Under the pieces are notes generated by a model. That model was given only the letters and a program-made list of their open reading frames with translations. It was not told the origin of the DNA and ran no database searches. Both the position numbers and the translations under genes were made by a program. DNA of 64,000 nt. Source: Alphaproteobacteria bacterium. GTDB lineage: Bacteria > Pseudomonadota > Alphaproteobacteria > G965222575. Location of the stretch: assembly GCA_965222575.1 (NCBI GenBank), contig OZ244958.1:1056001-1120000 (forward strand), read 5' to 3'. Shown piece after piece: positions 59,980 through 64,000 of the stretch. How positions within the stretch are numbered: the first letter of the stretch is position 1; every line of letters starts with the position of its first letter.

Positions 59980-62900
59980 AGCCTATTATTAGCAACATTC
60001 TTCAGAGAAAAAGGACAATCCTTCTTTTATTGTTTTTTACAATAGTAGCAGGGGTTTCTTCTATGCTGAGTATTCCCAAAGAGGCAGCTCCTGATGTTGA
60101 TGTTCCTGTGATGTATACGTCCATTCGTGTACCGGGTGCGGCGCCTAACAGCATAGAAAGGCTGGTGATACGTCATATAGAGAGAGAATTTTCCACTATA
60201 GAAGGCGTAAAAGCAATGACCTCTACGGCGTCCTTTGGTCATGGATCAGTTGTATTAGAGTTTGAAGCGAATTTTGATAGTGATGCTGCGTTGGAAGAAG
60301 TCAAAGATGCTATGGATGAGGCAGAAGGATTTTTTCCTAAAGAGGCAGAAAAGCCTGAGATTCATGAGATAAATGTTGCGTTGTTTCCCATTATCAGTGT
60401 TGTGGTGTATGGGAAAGCTCTTGATAGGACGCTTTACCGGGTTGCTGATGCGTTAGAGGAAAGCATTTCGCAATTATCTCAAGTGTTGGAGGTGAACATA
60501 AAGGGCAAAAGAAAAGAGGTAATAGAAATTACTATAGAGCCCTTAGTGTTGAAGAGTTACAACATGACTTATACGGAAGTGTTGAGGTCATTGAGTCAAA
60601 ATAATGTCTCTATTTCTTCTGGGAAACTTAACACTTCTGATGGGAGTTTTCCTCTTAAGATTATGGGAGAAGTAGAAAGTCTGAAAGATTTACTAGAATT
60701 TCCTATTTTTCGCGATGGGGATCATGTGGTGATTTTATCTGACTTAGCGACGGTGAGGTCTAGTTATGAAGAGGCAACGTCTTATGCGCGGTATAACGGA
60801 GAGCCGGCATTAGTGTTAGAGATTGTCAAAAAGATGGGGGAAAATATTATTGAAACCTCTGATGCTGTTCACAAGATTTTGGAGGTAGCGAATGGGAGGC
60901 TTCCGCAAGGGGTAGAGGTACGCATTACTACGGATCAATCTACGCAGATAAAGCGTATGGTTTCAGACCTTGGCAATTCGGTAATTTTATCGATTTTTCT
61001 AGTATTTTTAGCGGTCTTATTTTTCGTTGGGGCACGGACAGCAACCTTAGTATGTATCACGATACCAAGTTCTTTAATGCTAACATTTATGACACTGAAT
61101 TTCTTAGGCTTTACAGTGAATATGGTGGTGCTGTTTGCCATGATATTGGCCTCTGGCATGTTGGTAGACGGTGCTGTGATTGTAGCAGAATATGCGGACA
61201 GAAAACTCCGCGAGGGACACTCCTCTCAACAAGCGTTTCTTGAGGCGACTACTCGTATGTTTTGGCCTATTTTGACTTCAACTTCTACAACCCTAATGGC
61301 GTTTTTACCCCTGATGTTTTGGCCGGGGATTGTGGGGAAATTTATGAAGTATTTGCCCTTAACCTTATTAATTACTTTATCAGCCTCACTGGTGATGGCT
61401 TTGATTGTTCTTCCGACATTGGGGTCTCTTTTTTTCAGAAACAGCTCAGAAAAAGAGAGAGAAAATCGTCATATGCTACAACCCTTGATATCCGTTTATG
61501 TGCGCTTTATGAAATGGGCTGTGTACAGAGGACGCAATATAGCCTTAGTGTTAGGAGGCGTCCTTTTTTGTCTCGCAGGGATTGTGGTGATCTACAAAAA
61601 TTTTGGAAGGGGGGTAGAATTCTTTCCTTATGTTGAGCCGGAAAACGCTTATGTAAAAATTCATGCTAGGGGAAACGCTTCCCTTGAGAAAATACAGGAT
61701 ATTATCAAGGATGTAGAAATAAAACTTAGGGAAAAGCAAGAGCTTTTTGAATTCACCTACGCAACCATAGAAGAAGAGAAGGGGACAGATGTTGTGGGGA
61801 AAATAGACTTTACCTTTGTAGAGTGGTACAAGCGTCCTAAAGTTAAGGCTATCATAGAGGATTTGTCCGTAGCGTTTTCTACTATACCCGGTGTGGAAAT
61901 GGAGATTGGGTATGAAAAAGCGGGTCCTCCTTCTGCGAAAGATATTATAATAAGGCTTTCTTCAGAGGATAGTGAGGCCTTATTGTCTGTAGGGAAAAAG
62001 ATACGTTCTCATCTGGAATCCATAGAGGATTTAAGAGATATTGCTGACACGGAAGATTTGCCCGGTATAGAGTGGAAAATGACCTTAAATGAAGAGGCTG
62101 TTATGCGGTATGGGACTTCTAATTCTGAGATAGGTCTTGGGTTGAAGCTTCTGACGACGGGCTTAGTAATTGGAGCATATAAGTCTGCTTTATTAGAGGA
62201 AGACATTGATATTCTTCTTCGTTATCCTAAGTCGTATCGTAATTTACAGGAGTTGAAGAATTTTTCTCTCAAAACGTCACGTGGGGATATTCCGTTAGAT
62301 ACGTTTATGAAGTGGGAAGCTATTCCTAGGGGTGGCACCATAAGACGTGTGGATCAGTTGCGGGCTTTTGAAGTTAACAGCAGTGTGACGCCCGGCGTGA
62401 TTGTGAATGATAAGATTCAGGAAATTAGGAATTGGTTGGGAGAGCAGGATTTTCCTTCTACAGTAGAGATAGAATTTGTCGGTCAATTACAGGACCAAAA
62501 GGATGCAGCAGCTTTTCTACAAAAGGCTTTTGCGGTAGCGATTGTTTTGATGCTGGTGATACTTCTTACGCAGTTTAACAGTTTTTACCAATGTTTCTTA
62601 GTGTTAACAGCTGTTGTGATGTCAACACTTTCAGGGTTGTTGGGTCTTTTGATAGTAGGGAAGCCGTTTAGTATTGTGATGTCAGGCGTTGGGGTTATAG
62701 CCCTTGCTGGGGTGGTAGTGAACAACAACATCGTGTTAATAGACACTTACAATTATTTGCGGCGTGTTGTGGGAATGGAGGCTCTTGAGGCCATTGTTCG
62801 GACGGGGGAGCAACGGTTACGTCCTGTGTTTATCACGGCTTTTACGACGGTGATTGCTCTTCTTCCTATGATGTTACAGGTTAATGTGGATATTGTAGGG

Positions 62901-63074
62901 TTTGAGATTAGCCGTGGGGCGCCCTCTACGCAATGGTGGGTTCAGCAATCCTCTGTTGTCGCAGCAGGTCTTGCTGTTTCTACGATTTTAACGCTTGTGG
63001 CAACGCCTTGTTTTTTAGCCCTAGGGGTTTATGTTGGGCGTTTTCAACAAAGGCTAAGGAAGAAGAAAGCTTAA
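59976..63074 (+). CDS. RND family permease (AcrB-like)
   Basis: IPKEAAPDV, GMLVDGAV, LMFWPGIVG.FMKYLP, NNNIVLIDTYN, RLRPV. Confidence 0.95.
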   Translation: MKPIISNILQRKRTILLLLFFTIVAGVSSMLSIPKEAAPDVDVPVMYTSIRVPGAAPNSIERLVIRHIEREFSTIEGVKAMTSTASFGHGSVVLEFEANFDSDAALEEVKDAMDEAEGFFPKEAEKPEIHEINVALFPIISVVVYGKALDRTLYRVADALEESISQLSQVLEVNIKGKRKEVIEITIEPLVLKSYNMTYTEVLRSLSQNNVSISSGKLNTSDGSFPLKIMGEVESLKDLLEFPIFRDGDHVVILSDLATVRSSYEEATSYARYNGEPALVLEIVKKMGENIIETSDAVHKILEVANGRLPQGVEVRITTDQSTQIKRMVSDLGNSVILSIFLVFLAVLFFVGARTATLVCITIPSSLMLTFMTLNFLGFTVNMVVLFAMILASGMLVDGAVIVAEYADRKLREGHSSQQAFLEATTRMFWPILTSTSTTLMAFLPLMFWPGIVGKFMKYLPLTLLITLSASLVMALIVLPTLGSLFFRNSSEKERENRHMLQPLISVYVRFMKWAVYRGRNIALVLGGVLFCLAGIVVIYKNFGRGVEFFPYVEPENAYVKIHARGNASLEKIQDIIKDVEIKLREKQELFEFTYATIEEEKGTDVVGKIDFTFVEWYKRPKVKAIIEDLSVAFSTIPGVEMEIGYEKAGPPSAKDIIIRLSSEDSEALLSVGKKIRSHLESIEDLRDIADTEDLPGIEWKMTLNEEAVMRYGTSNSEIGLGLKLLTTGLVIGAYKSALLEEDIDILLRYPKSYRNLQELKNFSLKTSRGDIPLDTFMKWEAIPRGGTIRRVDQLRAFEVNSSVTPGVIVNDKIQEIRNWLGEQDFPSTVEIEFVGQLQDQKDAAAFLQKAFAVAIVLMLVILLTQFNSFYQCFLVLTAVVMSTLSGLLGLLIVGKPFSIVMSGVGVIALAGVVVNNNIVLIDTYNYLRRVVGMEALEAIVRTGEQRLRPVFITAFTTVIALLPMMLQVNVDIVGFEISRGAPSTQWWVQQSSVVAAGLAVSTILTLVATPCFLALGVYVGRFQQRLRKKKA

Positions 63075-63099
63075 GGGGGGTAAGGGTGATAAAAAAATC

Positions 63100-63130
63100 T
63101 TGACTCTCTTCTTGAAGTCATTAACTATAG
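63100..63130 (+). promoter_or_regulatory. Candidate hemP promoter with a TGACT-N10-AGTCA dyad over the -35
   Basis: TTGACT at 63100; inverted repeat at 63101-63120; AT-rich -10 region follows. Confidence 0.4.
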
Positions 63131-63187
63131 AGGTTGGATAAACTACCTGATAGAGCGCATCTCTTTAATTAGATAAACAATGGTATT

Positions 63188-63367
63188 GTGTCAGATAAAA
63201 ACACAGAGTGCAAGACATGTGCACGTGCTTTGCATCTTGCAGGGAATAAAGTGAAAAGTGAAGAGCTTTTTAAGTCTTGTGCCTGTCATGAATTGATTAT
63301 TTTACATGAAGGAGAACAGTATAAGTTAAGGCTCACTGTCAATAATAAATTAATTTTAACAAAGTAG
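63188..63367 (+). CDS. hemP: Hemin uptake regulator HemP/HmuP (59 aa, not in the ORF track)
   Basis: Hand translation ends SEELF...ELIILHEGEQYKLRLTVNNKLILTK, the HemP signature; directly upstream of a heme receptor. Confidence 0.9.
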   Translation: MSDKNTECKTCARALHLAGNKVKSEELFKSCACHELIILHEGEQYKLRLTVNNKLILTK

Positions 63368-63430
63368 TCCAGTAGCCAGCCACCCATTATAGGCAGCAAG
63401 CAAACGACCTTAAACAAGGGAATATTTGTC

Positions 63431-64000
63431 GTGCGTTTGTTTTGTTCTCTATTTTTTGCTTTTCTATTTTGTCAGTTTGGGTTTTTTAAGGCTTTTTCGG
63501 AAGAGGAAGTGATTCCGCTGGAAGAAGTATCAGTATATGGAGCGCGTGCTTCTTCGCTTTTTGAGCTCCCTGTTATGAGCTCGAAAATTCAGCTACAAGC
63601 TCCCGGAAGTACCTTAGCGGGCGATATGGCGCATCTTCTAGAGATTACGCCCGGAGTGAGTATTCTTGGGAGTCCTCGTAAGAGTGGACAGGATATTTCC
63701 ATTCGTGGATTTGACTCAGATTCTATTGTTCTTCTGATAGATGGGCGGCGCCAGATTTTTGAATCAGAGCACGATGGGGTTATTTTTGTTGACCCGTCTC
63801 TCTTGAAGTCTGTTGAAGTGGTGAGAGGAAGCATTTCTGCTCTGTATGGGAGTGGTGGTATAGGCGGGGTTGTGGCTTTTAAGACAAAGGATGCAAAGGA
63901 TTTTCTCACAGACGGTAAGCAACAAGGGGGGGCGTTTTCTTTACTCTACAGGCACGTTAACAAAGCATACGCACCCGCTCTTACTTTTTATGGGCGACAC
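63431..64000 (+). CDS. TonB-dependent heme/hemoglobin receptor (3' end outside the window; not in the ORF track)
   Basis: GTG start after AAGGGA; signal peptide; EEVSVYG TonB-box-like segment; PGV...GQDISIRGF, IDGRRQ...EHDG.IFVDPSLLKSVEVVRG...LYGSGGIGGVV plug domain. Confidence 0.92.
   Translation, partial: MRLFCSLFFAFLFCQFGFFKAFSEEEVIPLEEVSVYGARASSLFELPVMSSKIQLQAPGSTLAGDMAHLLEITPGVSILGSPRKSGQDISIRGFDSDSIVLLIDGRRQIFESEHDGVIFVDPSLLKSVEVVRGSISALYGSGGIGGVVAFKTKDAKDFLTDGKQQGGAFSLLYRHVNKAYAPALTFYGRH

Noticed and set aside
243-63909. Many short antisense or nested ORFs in the track (e.g. 4459-4998, 27978-28478, 63589-63909)
   Set aside because: Shadows of well-supported genes, with no independent motifs
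1-64000. GGGNAGGG (KOPS-like) octamers mostly on the + strand
   Set aside because: Expected from the strong G skew; not distinguishable without a composition-matched test

Overview
Gene-dense core-genome segment of a streamlined, probably host-associated Alphaproteobacterium. The lineage is inferred from typical neighbourhoods: leuS-lptE-holA with DUF3576, bolA/cobS-cobT, cvpA-purF-SDR, dapF-mtaB, infA-maf, nuoLMN-birA and dapA/slt. Gene order is shuffled relative to model alphaproteobacteria, and the + strand is patchily G/T-rich, so it is probably the leading strand. I found no rRNA, tRNA, CRISPR array or intact transposase. Points of note: (i) an unannotated 59-aa Cys-rich HemP, a candidate repeated cis-element and a TonB-dependent heme receptor directly after an unusual RND-MFP-RND cluster; (ii) in-frame minisatellites in five core genes (mnmA, nuoM, slt, DUF3576, rpsI); (iii) a compositionally foreign orphan gene; (iv) an unannotated 32-aa membrane peptide upstream of tatD; (v) three +1 frameshifts in housekeeping genes (dapE, gpsA, birA); (vi) two apparent pseudoenzymes (Maf, SDR); (vii) xenologous-type tmk and proS. 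All assignments come from motif recognition by eye; no searches were run.
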